From positions 1-64,000 of IMG/VR virus record IMGVR_UViG_3300021958_011004: 64,000 bases of DNA, one strand, 5' to 3'. How positions within the stretch are numbered: the first letter of the stretch is position 1; each line of letters begins with the position of its first letter. Positions 1 through 7,632 of this stretch are shown here, piece by piece. Position numbers and translations under genes: made by a program. The notes under the pieces were generated by a model, which worked only from the letters and a program-made list of their open reading frames with translations, did not search any database and was not told the DNA's origin. The DNA comes from a virus. Lineage: Duplodnaviria > Caudoviricetes.

Positions 1-7
1 TGCATGC

Positions 8-229
8 TTATGACAATCTTTGAAGCAACAAACAATCATCAGCCCTCAATAACATTTTTTTAATTTCATGATCAAAATAAAGTAAGACATCACACAAGTC
101 AAAAGACCTGTCATTGTCATGATGAAACGTAGAAGAAACGCTTATGACGAGACCAATTGTGTCCTGAGAGACTCTATGATCATAACAAGGTACAGCAACA
201 AGATCGCCAGCTTTAATCATCACCTTCAA
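8..229 (-). CDS. small hypothetical protein (GD[LI]V SH3/KOW-like family)
   Basis: ORF track; N-terminal IKAGDLVAV motif shared with many small ORFs here. Confidence 0.6.
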   Translation of the reverse strand: MKVMIKAGDLVAVPCYDHRVSQDTIGLVISVSSTFHHDNDRSFDLCDVLLYFDHEIKKMLLRADDCLLLQRLS

Positions 230-398
230 CTTCAGTTATATCCTCGTAACCAACCCATAATACTTCATAAGTCCTCATTGAGACAACAGCTTGAAGTTTT
301 TTTGAACCAAGCCAGAGTGTATCTATCAGCTTAAAAACCTCGTCATTAAAGCCCTCAACAAATACCTCAGAACCTCTTTTGAGTTTTATTTTTTTCAT
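213..398 (-). CDS. small hypothetical protein
   Basis: ORF track; GGAG SD upstream; overlaps neighbour in operon fashion. Confidence 0.6.
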   Translation of the reverse strand: MKKIKLKRGSEVFVEGFNDEVFKLIDTLWLGSKKLQAVVSMRTYEVLWVGYEDITEVEGDD

Positions 399-413
399 TG
401 TTGTCTCCCTATA

Positions 414-716
414 CTATTTATTTCTTCTGAAAATTATTGAGTCAAAAATTCCAGACTCAGGATCTGCATAATCTGAAAATTTAAATTCATAAATTTTACC
501 TACGTCGTAAAACCTGACACGTGTTTTTCCCGACTCCTCTAAATACTTAAAGCCAATGCACAGCACCATCCGCTCTGAATCTCCTAGCTTGGGTTTGCCT
601 TGCTTCCACCTTGAGACTTCCCAAAAAGAATGTTTGACGGGATGCAAATTGCATATCAATGCTCTCCAGTCATGAAATATAACTAAATCACCTACGTCAG
701 GAACATTTGTTTTCAT
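414..716 (-). CDS. hypothetical protein (GDLV motif)
   Basis: ORF track; ATGA overlap with upstream ORF. Confidence 0.65.
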   Translation of the reverse strand: MKTNVPDVGDLVIFHDWRALICNLHPVKHSFWEVSRWKQGKPKLGDSERMVLCIGFKYLEESGKTRVRFYDVGKIYEFKFSDYADPESGIFDSIIFRRNK

Positions 717-991
717 TTTGAAGCACGTAACAAACTTACTAAGTTCATGTTTGAGATGGACGCTTTTTCTTCAAAAACCATTTCAATGTCTGAAATAACC
801 CTAGGTGGATTTGTTTTTCTTCTCTTTGACCATTCTTGTTTAAGAGTGTTTTCTAATTCTGTAGTAGCACCAGTTTTCTCCCACTTAGGTTTGGCACTGA
901 TCCAAGAGAGCGAATCAATAATCTCTTCATCAGATAGTTCTGAAATTGTTTCTGACAAAGGTCTCATCTTTAAAAAAGTTGCATCGCTCAT
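713..991 (-). CDS. hypothetical protein
   Basis: ORF track; GGAG SD; coupled to next ORF. Confidence 0.6.
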   Translation of the reverse strand: MSDATFLKMRPLSETISELSDEEIIDSLSWISAKPKWEKTGATTELENTLKQEWSKRRKTNPPRVISDIEMVFEEKASISNMNLVSLLRASK

Positions 992-1022
992 TACATTGTC
1001 TCCAAATGTTGGCTCTAGATAT

Positions 1023-1196
1023 CTAGCGCTTAAAGTATCTTAGTGAGAGGAATTTAAATTTGTCCTCAGGAAATCTCTCCAAATAAAGTTTACTAGCGTG
1101 TTCTAAGTTATCTGCAGAAATTAGAATAAACGCTTCTGAAGAATTATTGTCTAAGGAGTATTTAAACTCATAAAAACCCGGCATGTTAAGTAGCAT
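1023..1196 (-). CDS. 57-aa hypothetical protein (below ORF-track cutoff)
   Basis: Manual translation MLLNMPGFYEFKYSLD...LRYFKR; GAGGTG SD; promoter at 1215-1243 directly upstream. Confidence 0.55.
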   Translation of the reverse strand: MLLNMPGFYEFKYSLDNNSSEAFILISADNLEHASKLYLERFPEDKFKFLSLRYFKR

Positions 1197-1214
1197 TAAT
1201 CACCTCATGTTTAT

Positions 1215-1243
1215 ATTATACAAAATAAAATTGTTTTTTGCAT
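1215..1243 (-). promoter_or_regulatory. promoter ATGCAA-N17-TATAAT
   Basis: Matches the consensus repeated at least 10 times in intergenic gaps. Confidence 0.65.
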
Positions 1244-1247
1244 GCTT

Positions 1248-1862
1248 TTAAATCAATTTATGTTTTTTAACCTTCCACAGTGGTAAGTGAAAAGTGTAAG
1301 CATTTCCTAGTTTTACATCAAAACGCTGAATTCCACAAAACATCTCCTCTTGTAAGCTGTGACTGAAAGTAATGTCCTTGTTTATTGGTTTTAATTTTAA
1401 CCAACAATTATAAACAGATCGAGAACTAATGTTAGGATAATCTTCAATGTAATGCTGCATTGTCTTAGGGATATAAGTTACTGTAGCAATAAGCGGCATT
1501 GTCTCCTTGAAGAAGTAATCTTTGTAAATCTCGTGCCACTCATCCTTTGGCTCAAAGTCAGAAAACATTGCGCAGGACTCAGTTGTACCTATCTTTTCAC
1601 CTGACCGGTTAATCATTATTAGTTTTTCTGTTGTAGCTCCAGAATAATTATTTGAAGTTGTGTATGTACCAACTATGAGTCCTAACTCTCCTTTCTCAGC
1701 TTGTCTTACACCTGTAGGAAATCTGGCACGTGTCTTCTTTTTACAATAACACATCAAGAGTTTCTTTGCGTAATCAGAACCGACCTGTCTAGGAATATGA
1801 CCCTTAATTGTTGTAACTGGTTCATCACGATCAAAGAATTCAATCTCTTCTATTTTTATCAT
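1248..1862 (-). CDS. hypothetical protein
   Basis: 204-aa ORF with GGAG SD; no recognised motif. Confidence 0.75.
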   Translation of the reverse strand: MIKIEEIEFFDRDEPVTTIKGHIPRQVGSDYAKKLLMCYCKKKTRARFPTGVRQAEKGELGLIVGTYTTSNNYSGATTEKLIMINRSGEKIGTTESCAMFSDFEPKDEWHEIYKDYFFKETMPLIATVTYIPKTMQHYIEDYPNISSRSVYNCWLKLKPINKDITFSHSLQEEMFCGIQRFDVKLGNAYTFHLPLWKVKKHKLI

Positions 1863-1871
1863 TGCTGCTCC

Positions 1872-1922
1872 AAAAAAAACGGAAGGTCTATTGATCCTGG
1901 CTTCAGACCGAATAAACCTTCC
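1872..1922 (-). terminator. long hairpin followed by U8 tract
   Basis: GGAAGGTTTATT.../...AATAGACCTTCC stem followed by G and TTTTTTTT on the minus strand. Confidence 0.55.
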
Positions 1923-2084
1923 TGAGGGAAATGATCGATGAAATTCTTTTTTAAGCGGGGGAACTAAAAAAGAGTAGATATGAAACGTACTAATGACCTT
2001 TGCATCACCTCCTCAAAATGAATGACGTTTCTTTTCCGATCACCTCAAAATGTATAATACATTATACAAAACCCTAAAATTCTG

Positions 2085-2423
2085 TTAAAAATATTGACCA
2101 TTATTATTTGAGAGAAACTGATGTAAAAAGTCATTTAAATTATCAGCATCTTCTCTCAAGCCCATTCCATCCAAGCTGATAACTAAACATGCCAATACTT
2201 GACCTATTGAATTAACATCATGAAGCATTGTCATGGTTACAGGATTAGGATTAAATGATTCAACTTCTCTTGATGTCTGTTCAAAAACATCCTTGACAAC
2301 TTTTCTTAGCTTTCCTTCGAGTTCATCAAGTTCTTCTTCAGCTCTCTTGTTTTTCCATTCGCTTAAGTCAACAACATTGTCTGTCATCATACACCACCAT
2401 AAATCTTTATTGTAACCCAACAA
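2085..2423 (-). CDS. hypothetical protein
   Basis: ORF track; true start probably at MTDNVVDLSEW. Confidence 0.65.
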   Translation of the reverse strand: MLGYNKDLWWCMMTDNVVDLSEWKNKRAEEELDELEGKLRKVVKDVFEQTSREVESFNPNPVTMTMLHDVNSIGQVLACLVISLDGMGLREDADNLNDFLHQFLSNNNGQYF

Positions 2424-2755
2424 GCAAGACTAATAAAACAATCAATCAATGCTCGAGCATAAATTTCTCTGACCCTTTCGGGTGAAACATTGGATATGTT
2501 TGGATCTGGAACATTGTCAAGATATATACCCAATCCAACGACTGCAACTGTTGTCAGACCAAGTAAACCTAGAAAGATAGTTGATCCTGTACAGAGCAAA
2601 TACAAATACAATGACAAAATCAGGAAAGACTTAGTTAGGTATCTAAACTGAACATTGTAATCTTCTTTTCCCTTTTCATGATATATTGTGTAGTGCATAC
2701 TATAGAAGTTTGAGAAACAATACACAATAACAGCAGTTGTTCCAATTGGAGTCAT
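2387..2755 (-). CDS. membrane protein, hypothetical
   Basis: Hydrophobic segments; start moved to MTPIG (AAGGTG SD), since the upstream in-frame part lies in a structured RNA. Confidence 0.55.
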   Translation of the reverse strand: MTPIGTTAVIVYCFSNFYSMHYTIYHEKGKEDYNVQFRYLTKSFLILSLYLYLLCTGSTIFLGLLGLTTVAVVGLGIYLDNVPDPNISNVSPERVREIYARALIDCFISLACWVTIKIYGGV

Positions 2756-2765
2756 TACACACCTT

Positions 2766-2844
2766 AAAAAAGAGTGGGAGAGGCGGCCAACCAAGGAGAC
2801 CCGACATCCTACCGCCTCTCCCGACAACCCAGAATGTCGGGTCT
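2766..2844 (-). ncRNA. GC-rich structured element (two interleaved 11-bp inverted repeats, then U-tract): pseudoknot or attenuator-like
   Basis: 2834-2844 pairs with 2797-2807; 2812-2822 pairs with 2776-2786; A-run at 2766-2771. Confidence 0.5.
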
Positions 2845-2856
2845 ATATGTTAAAGT

Positions 2857-3609
2857 TTAGTCACCTGTGATACGAGCAACCTCAGAAAAGCCATTGCGAC
2901 GTAACTTCATGAAGACCACATGACCACAACCACCAAATCGATTCTTAACTGTCTCAAGAACTCGACAACCTTTAAGGTCCTCATCCTTGTTCTCTACAGC
3001 GAGGTGAAGATGTTGGTCAACCATATGCTTAAGCTTATTACTACCTGCCATCTTTCCATCTTTTGTTACCTGTCCAATAACGATAACATTAACGGCATGT
3101 CCTTTAGCATAATCTGTAAGCAACTGGAGTGCTCTTTCATTAGTAGCAGAGGTAATGCGTCCTGACTTAAAGTATCCATCATTCATACATTGCAATGAAT
3201 CTACAATGAGAAAGAAGGGACGGTCAGGATTAGCTTCCCTTAGCTTGTCACAACCTTTCAAGAGGCTGGGAATATCATCAGTACCGCCGACCTTAAACGG
3301 ATGTTGAAGCTTAAGTCGGTCAGTTGTAATCTTAATCTGGTGAAGAGATTCTTCTGCAGTGTTAAAGACAACCTCAGCACCATGTCCTTGAAGTGCATTT
3401 GCCAAGGTTAACATCAGCGTTGTCTTACCAGCACCAGGAGTACCAGTAAAAAGAGTAACCATAGATGGAGTAAAACCTTCACCTCCGATTACTGCATCGA
3501 AGAATTCGAGACCAGTTGGAATCCGCTTTCGAAGAATGTTCGGTACCTCAACATCTTGAATTGATGTTCCAAACTCAATGTCTTTGATTTTAATTGATTC
3601 TAGTTTCAT
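2857..3609 (-). CDS. RadA/Sms-like RecA-family ATPase (ATPase core only)
   Basis: Walker A GTPGAGKT, AEES, Walker B IVDSLQ, KNRFG motif. Confidence 0.8.
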   Translation of the reverse strand: MKLESIKIKDIEFGTSIQDVEVPNILRKRIPTGLEFFDAVIGGEGFTPSMVTLFTGTPGAGKTTLMLTLANALQGHGAEVVFNTAEESLHQIKITTDRLKLQHPFKVGGTDDIPSLLKGCDKLREANPDRPFFLIVDSLQCMNDGYFKSGRITSATNERALQLLTDYAKGHAVNVIVIGQVTKDGKMAGSNKLKHMVDQHLHLAVENKDEDLKGCRVLETVKNRFGGCGHVVFMKLRRNGFSEVARITGD

Positions 3610-3660
3610 GTTAATGTCCTTTTGTTGTGGTTGTTGTAAGGTTTGTTTTACCGTATTATT

Positions 3661-3689
3661 ATTATACCTAACTAAACAAAGCTTTGCAT
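3661..3689 (-). promoter_or_regulatory. promoter ATGCAA-N17-TATAAT
   Basis: Consensus match; first of a tandem pair. Confidence 0.65.
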
Positions 3690-3729
3690 GTAAGGCAAAT
3701 AATAAAGGTTTTATTTAAACCGTATTATT

Positions 3730-3758
3730 ATTATACACAAATAAATATAACTTTACAT
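3730..3758 (-). promoter_or_regulatory. promoter ATGTAA-N17-TATAAT
   Basis: Consensus match; shares the TATAATAATAATACGG repeat with the 3661 copy. Confidence 0.65.
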
Positions 3759-3780
3759 GCATGACAAAAAAGCAATTAGC

Positions 3781-4782
3781 TTATATTTTTTCTGGACTAC
3801 TAGAGAAATAAATCTTATCAATCATCTGACATTCACTCTTAATAATCATAAACAATTTTCTCTTCATTGCAACGATTGAGTTAAATTCATAGAGCTCATT
3901 CATGTAAAAGAACTTAAACACACCAGCTTCAGAGAGTACATCTATCTTAGAAATAATAATGTCAGTTGTACCTGATATGTTTATCGCCTTGACCAGCTTA
4001 TCAACATTAAGCCAGTTAACTTTTCTTCTTCTTCCAGTTGTAACACCATACTCCTGACCTAAGTCAGCAATGTTTTTTAAGACTGGATCATCAAGTAGAA
4101 TAACAGGGAAGTCCGGATCAACACCAGACCTTGTATCATAGATCTTTGCTGCACCAAAAACTTTTCTAATCTTTTGAGGTGGAAATCCTAAACTACATGC
4201 AGCATAGGGAAGAGTAGTACTTGAAGTTACGTATGGATAATTACCATAATCTAAGTCAAGCCAGAAACCTTGGGCACCCTCACACAAAACCTTTCCTTGT
4301 AGTTTCTCATTCCAGATAAAAGGTTTAAGATCTTCAATCTCTTCAGCTCTGATGCCTGTTCTCTTTGTCTTGTCAGAATAGCAAGGGCCAATCCCTCTAG
4401 CAGTAGTCCCAAGCTTTTTGTATGAGTCCTCTTTGTCTAGTGCTAGATGGTCGCTTGTAACTACATGAGTTTTAGGAGAGACTTTAATTAGACTAGTATC
4501 AAACCCGCGCTTTTTCAGATATCTAATTTCTCTAAAAAAGTTTTCAACATCAATAACACACCCCGGTCCTATGACAGACTCAATACCGTAAAAAACTCCT
4601 GAAGGTATTAGATGTGTCTTAAGCTTCTCTCCATTGACATAAACAGTGTGACCAGCATTGTTACCTCCAGCCCAGCGGCATACAAAATCATATTCACCTG
4701 ATGCGGCTAATTGACTAGTAATCTTTCCTTTAGCTTCATCACCCCAAGCTAAACCACATACAACATCTGCGTATTCAATCAT
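3781..4782 (-). CDS. purA: adenylosuccinate synthetase
   Basis: WGDEAKGK, GGNNAGHT, EGAQG, YPYVTSS, GVTTGRRR motifs. Confidence 0.96.
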   Translation of the reverse strand: MIEYADVVCGLAWGDEAKGKITSQLAASGEYDFVCRWAGGNNAGHTVYVNGEKLKTHLIPSGVFYGIESVIGPGCVIDVENFFREIRYLKKRGFDTSLIKVSPKTHVVTSDHLALDKEDSYKKLGTTARGIGPCYSDKTKRTGIRAEEIEDLKPFIWNEKLQGKVLCEGAQGFWLDLDYGNYPYVTSSTTLPYAACSLGFPPQKIRKVFGAAKIYDTRSGVDPDFPVILLDDPVLKNIADLGQEYGVTTGRRRKVNWLNVDKLVKAINISGTTDIIISKIDVLSEAGVFKFFYMNELYEFNSIVAMKRKLFMIIKSECQMIDKIYFSSSPEKI

Positions 4783-4784
4783 CG

Positions 4785-5117
4785 TTATCCTTTCATAAAG
4801 GGTTTAGCGTAACCTTCTGTTAGTAACCATTCGTTAATGTTTTCTTCTTCGTGAATGATTTCAGCTAACCATCGACCGTACTTTCCCTTCTTGTCTTTGT
4901 AAGTTTTTATTGTTACTTGTTTATCTAAAATCTTTTCTCTGACTAAATCACGAACTTTCTTTCCTTCTTCTTTTTCTGCGCCTCTAACTTCAGGTGTGTT
5001 AAGACCGTAAAGTCTAAGCTTTTGTTTTTTAAGAACTATTCCAAAACCTAAATCAATGTCAACAGTTACAGTGTCTCCATCATAAACAGAAACAACTGTT
5101 GCTCTATACTCATACAT
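4785..5117 (-). CDS. thermonuclease (SNase-like) family protein
   Basis: VYDGDTV...LRLYGLNTPE...KYGRWLA. Confidence 0.88.
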   Translation of the reverse strand: MYEYRATVVSVYDGDTVTVDIDLGFGIVLKKQKLRLYGLNTPEVRGAEKEEGKKVRDLVREKILDKQVTIKTYKDKKGKYGRWLAEIIHEEENINEWLLTEGYAKPFMKG

Positions 5118-5136
5118 TTTTAATCTCCTAAAAAAG

Positions 5137-5209
5137 TCGGGATAGAAGGGTTCGAACCTTCGACAAACGGATTAAAAGTCCGCTGCTCTACCAACTGAGC
5201 TATATCCCG
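5137..5209 (-). tRNA. tRNA-Lys(UUU)
   Basis: Cloverleaf CGGGATA/TATCCCG; anticodon loop CT-TTT-AA; TTCGAAC T-loop. Confidence 0.93.
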
Positions 5210-5221
5210 AAAATAAAAAAG

Positions 5222-5295
5222 AGGTCCTGGTGAGATTCGAACTCACAATTATTCTCGATTACAAATCGAGTGCCATACCGTTAGGCGACAGGACC
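5222..5295 (-). tRNA. tRNA-Thr(UGU), atypical body
   Basis: GGTCCTG/CAGGACC acceptor; CTCGA-TTTGTAA-TCGAG arm; GTGAG-TTCGAAT-CTCAC arm. Confidence 0.8.
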
Positions 5296-5949
5296 ATTGT
5301 TAATGTTAATAATTTTTTTATACTTGCTTGCCTTTCTTCTAAAACAATGTTCTCTGTAGAATTCGGGCATAAGTCTTCTGACCCTTCTTCCAGTTACTTG
5401 AGGGGCTTCTTGTAGTTTTTTAGATAGTTTACCTACCCAGCCGCTTGCAGAAAAATCAATTTCATTATTATTGTGTAATTCATATACATAATCAATAAAT
5501 TTTTGATTTGCTTCTTCTTTTAATCTTTGGTCATAAGAGACTTTATTTTTATACTGTTCATAATTTTTCTTACCTTCTCTAAATACTCTTGAACTAGAAT
5601 TATTTCTATTTCCCCAGTTTCTAAATGTAGGCGTCAATGCGTGACAATTAGGGCAAAGTACTCTTAAGTTTTCCTTCTTGTTGTTTTTACAGTTACCATC
5701 AATATGATCTATCTCAAGAATTGATGATCCACACTCTCTTTTTTTATCAAAACCACAAGATGAGCACTTATAATTAGACTCTAGTAATAAAACATTTCTT
5801 TTCCTGCTAAAAGCCAGATTCTCGAAGTTTTCTAGAAAGTAAGAAAAATAATCATTTAGGACATCTCTATCTTTATGCTTTATACCGTAGTGAGACATCA
5901 TACTTTTTATGCCGTTTTTAGCTTTAAATTCACAGTGAATACAGTTCAT
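5281..5949 (-). CDS. HNH homing-endonuclease-like protein
   Basis: CSSCG...LEIDHIDGNCKNNKKENLRVLCPNCH; N-terminal C2H2-like motif; free-standing in tRNA cluster; start set at MNCIHC. Confidence 0.85.
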   Translation of the reverse strand: MNCIHCEFKAKNGIKSMMSHYGIKHKDRDVLNDYFSYFLENFENLAFSRKRNVLLLESNYKCSSCGFDKKRECGSSILEIDHIDGNCKNNKKENLRVLCPNCHALTPTFRNWGNRNNSSSRVFREGKKNYEQYKNKVSYDQRLKEEANQKFIDYVYELHNNNEIDFSASGWVGKLSKKLQEAPQVTGRRVRRLMPEFYREHCFRRKASKYKKIININNGPVA

Positions 5950-6050
5950 CTTATTTACCCATTTATATCTAGATTTTTTATTTATATATATTACGAACTG
6001 CACGGTTCAAGTTAAATAAAATTTTCTTAATTAATATAAAAGCAAAAAAG

Positions 6051-6123
6051 TGGAGATGAGGAGATTCGAACTCCTGACCCCTTGCGTGCAAGGCAAGTGC
6101 TCTCCCAACTGAGCTACACCCCC
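6051..6123 (-). tRNA. tRNA-Ala(UGC)
   Basis: GGGGGTG/CATCTCC with G3-U70; loop CT-TGC-AC. Confidence 0.95.
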
Positions 6124-6131
6124 ATAAATTT

Positions 6132-6221
6132 TCAAAGATACTTAGCAGCCAGTGCAGTTATCAAAACTAAAAAAGCTGGTAACACTGTTAAATATAACGT
6201 TATTATAGTCCACTCGCTCAT
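6132..6221 (-). CDS. 29-aa single-TM micro-protein
   Basis: Manual translation MSEWTIITLYLTVLPAFLVLITALAAKYL; AAGG SD; follows upstream stop. Confidence 0.4.
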   Translation of the reverse strand: MSEWTIITLYLTVLPAFLVLITALAAKYL

Positions 6222-6223
6222 TT

Positions 6224-6625
6224 TTAAACCTTTTTCCATTCTTTGATGGTTACCCGTCGACTTTGGAGCTGATAGGGTTGGAAACCTGTATACTCGCCCG
6301 TATTGCCCCAATTGTAGTTACAAATTGATGCACCATAATAAACACAGTCTGCTTTCTTTGAGGGACGGTGCCGACCAGTTGCTTCATAATTCTCTTCGAA
6401 GATATAAAGCCATTTCTCGTATCCACGCTTATAATCTGCATAAGCGTCGGTCTTTTCTTCGTGAATTAGGTTTAACACAGAATTACCTTCTTCACCGCGT
6501 ATTTCATTAAAAGCTTCTTCATCAATCGAAGCAAGATATTCTTGAAAGCTAGCAAAAGTTTCTTCTAGCTCTTCAACATAAATTACTTCTTGGGTTTCTT
6601 CATTTGCTTTATTTAAATTACTCAT
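6224..6625 (-). CDS. hypothetical protein
   Basis: 133-aa acidic ORF with SD. Confidence 0.7.
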   Translation of the reverse strand: MSNLNKANEETQEVIYVEELEETFASFQEYLASIDEEAFNEIRGEEGNSVLNLIHEEKTDAYADYKRGYEKWLYIFEENYEATGRHRPSKKADCVYYGASICNYNWGNTGEYTGFQPYQLQSRRVTIKEWKKV

Positions 6626-6666
6626 TTTGTTTACTTCCTATTTTTTAATGTTTTGTTTTAATTTTG

Positions 6667-6740
6667 CTCCTCTTGTTGGATTTGAACCAACGACACACGG
6701 ATTAACAGTCCGTTGCTCTAACCAGCTGAGCTAAAGAGGA
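6667..6740 (-). tRNA. tRNA-Asn(GUU)
   Basis: TCCTCTT/AAGAGGA acceptor, G73; loop CT-GTT-AA. Confidence 0.94.
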
Positions 6741-6750
6741 ATAAATGAAA

Positions 6751-6837
6751 AGGAGATGAAGGGATTCGAACCCTTGGTAAGTTTAACCCTACGACGGTTT
6801 TCAAAACCGTTACCTTCAACCGCTCGGTCACATCTCC
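6751..6837 (-). tRNA. tRNA-Ser(UGA)
   Basis: GGAGATG/CATCTCC acceptor; loop TT-TGA-AA; long variable arm. Confidence 0.9.
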
Positions 6838-6841
6838 AAAA

Positions 6842-7167
6842 TGGTGCCTCGGGCCGGACTCGAACCGGCAAGGACATAAGTCCGTCAGATTTTCTTACCC
6901 GCTACAATTTTCATTGCCAACATTATGTTGTTTGTGGTCTGGACTTTCTCTTCATCTTCAGCATTACCTGTTAAGAGCCAGCCGTTAAGTCTCTACACTT
7001 TCCTTAATTTTAAGGCTTAGCTCGGGATTGCCATCAGCGCTATCTGTTAAGGTTTCCCCGAATTTGACTGGATTCACTCATAAGATTTCTCTTAAGGTGC
7101 TCAATTTATAATAGCTTTTACCTATTATCTAGAAGTCTGATGTGTTTACCAATTTCACCACCAAGGC
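6842..7167 (-). tRNA. tRNA-Leu(UAA), intron-containing (5' exon 7133-7167, 3' exon 6842-6893, CCA encoded)
   Basis: Joined exons give GCCTTGG/CCGAGGC acceptor, TCAGA-CTTAAAA-TCTGA anticodon arm and a long variable arm. Confidence 0.92.
6894..7132 (-). mobile_element. group I intron (IC3, trnL-like), 239 nt, no internal ORF
   Basis: Inserted after U34; IGS TTGAG; P3 CCAGTC/GGCTGG; P AAATTCGGGGAA; Q AATCCCGAGC; R GTAGAGACT; S AAGAGAAAGTCC; terminal G. Confidence 0.9.
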
Positions 7168-7207
7168 ATAAAGTTTTATTTGTTTTTGTTAATTGATTAT
7201 GTTTATA

Positions 7208-7618
7208 TTATAACAACTGTGTTTTATATTTACATGTTTGACAATAACTTTGATTTTTATTTTCTTCATCTTTTATATTTGCACAACTCTGACATATGTC
7301 AAAACTCTTGCTCTCAGCAGACTTGATTAACTGATTAATCTCTTTAAGAAAAGTATCATCAACTTCAATGTTTTCTAAATCTTTAACACCGTAATAGTAT
7401 CTCATGCCTCCCCACTTTGATTTAACCTGAACAGCTTCAATCTGCACGTCATATCTATCACAAGTATCTTGCAAATCAGCACTTAAATCATCTATTAAGT
7501 TAAACCAGCCATTGCCTGGAAAACCATAACACATCAATGATGCTGTGTTTGGTAAGTCTTTCTGAGCATATAACTTGGGGTATTTTTCGAATAATTTCTT
7601 TGTGTTTTCTTCATTCAT
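7208..7618 (-). CDS. conserved phage hypothetical protein
   Basis: GWFNLI...QVKSKWGGMRYY...CQSC pattern typical of a widespread phage family. Confidence 0.75.
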   Translation of the reverse strand: MNEENTKKLFEKYPKLYAQKDLPNTASLMCYGFPGNGWFNLIDDLSADLQDTCDRYDVQIEAVQVKSKWGGMRYYYGVKDLENIEVDDTFLKEINQLIKSAESKSFDICQSCANIKDEENKNQSYCQTCKYKTQLL

Positions 7619-7632
7619 GTCTAGCCCTCCTA

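Noticed and set aside
2004-2046. 16S rRNA 3'-end fragment (ATCACCTCCT, GATCACCTC)
   Set aside because: Only 9-10-nt matches with no flanking rRNA sequence; better read as SD-like boxes on the minus strand.
2766-2856. HDV-like or hammerhead ribozyme, or a readthrough/frameshift signal after radA
   Set aside because: No P3/L3, catalytic-C linker or CUGAUGA/GAAA core. The radA frame meets another stop within about 16 codons and no slippery site precedes the stop.
5222-5295. Reading this tRNA as Tyr(GUA) or Cys
   Set aside because: The 5-bp stem CTCGA/TCGAG fixes a 7-nt loop TTTGTAA with TGT at positions 34-36.
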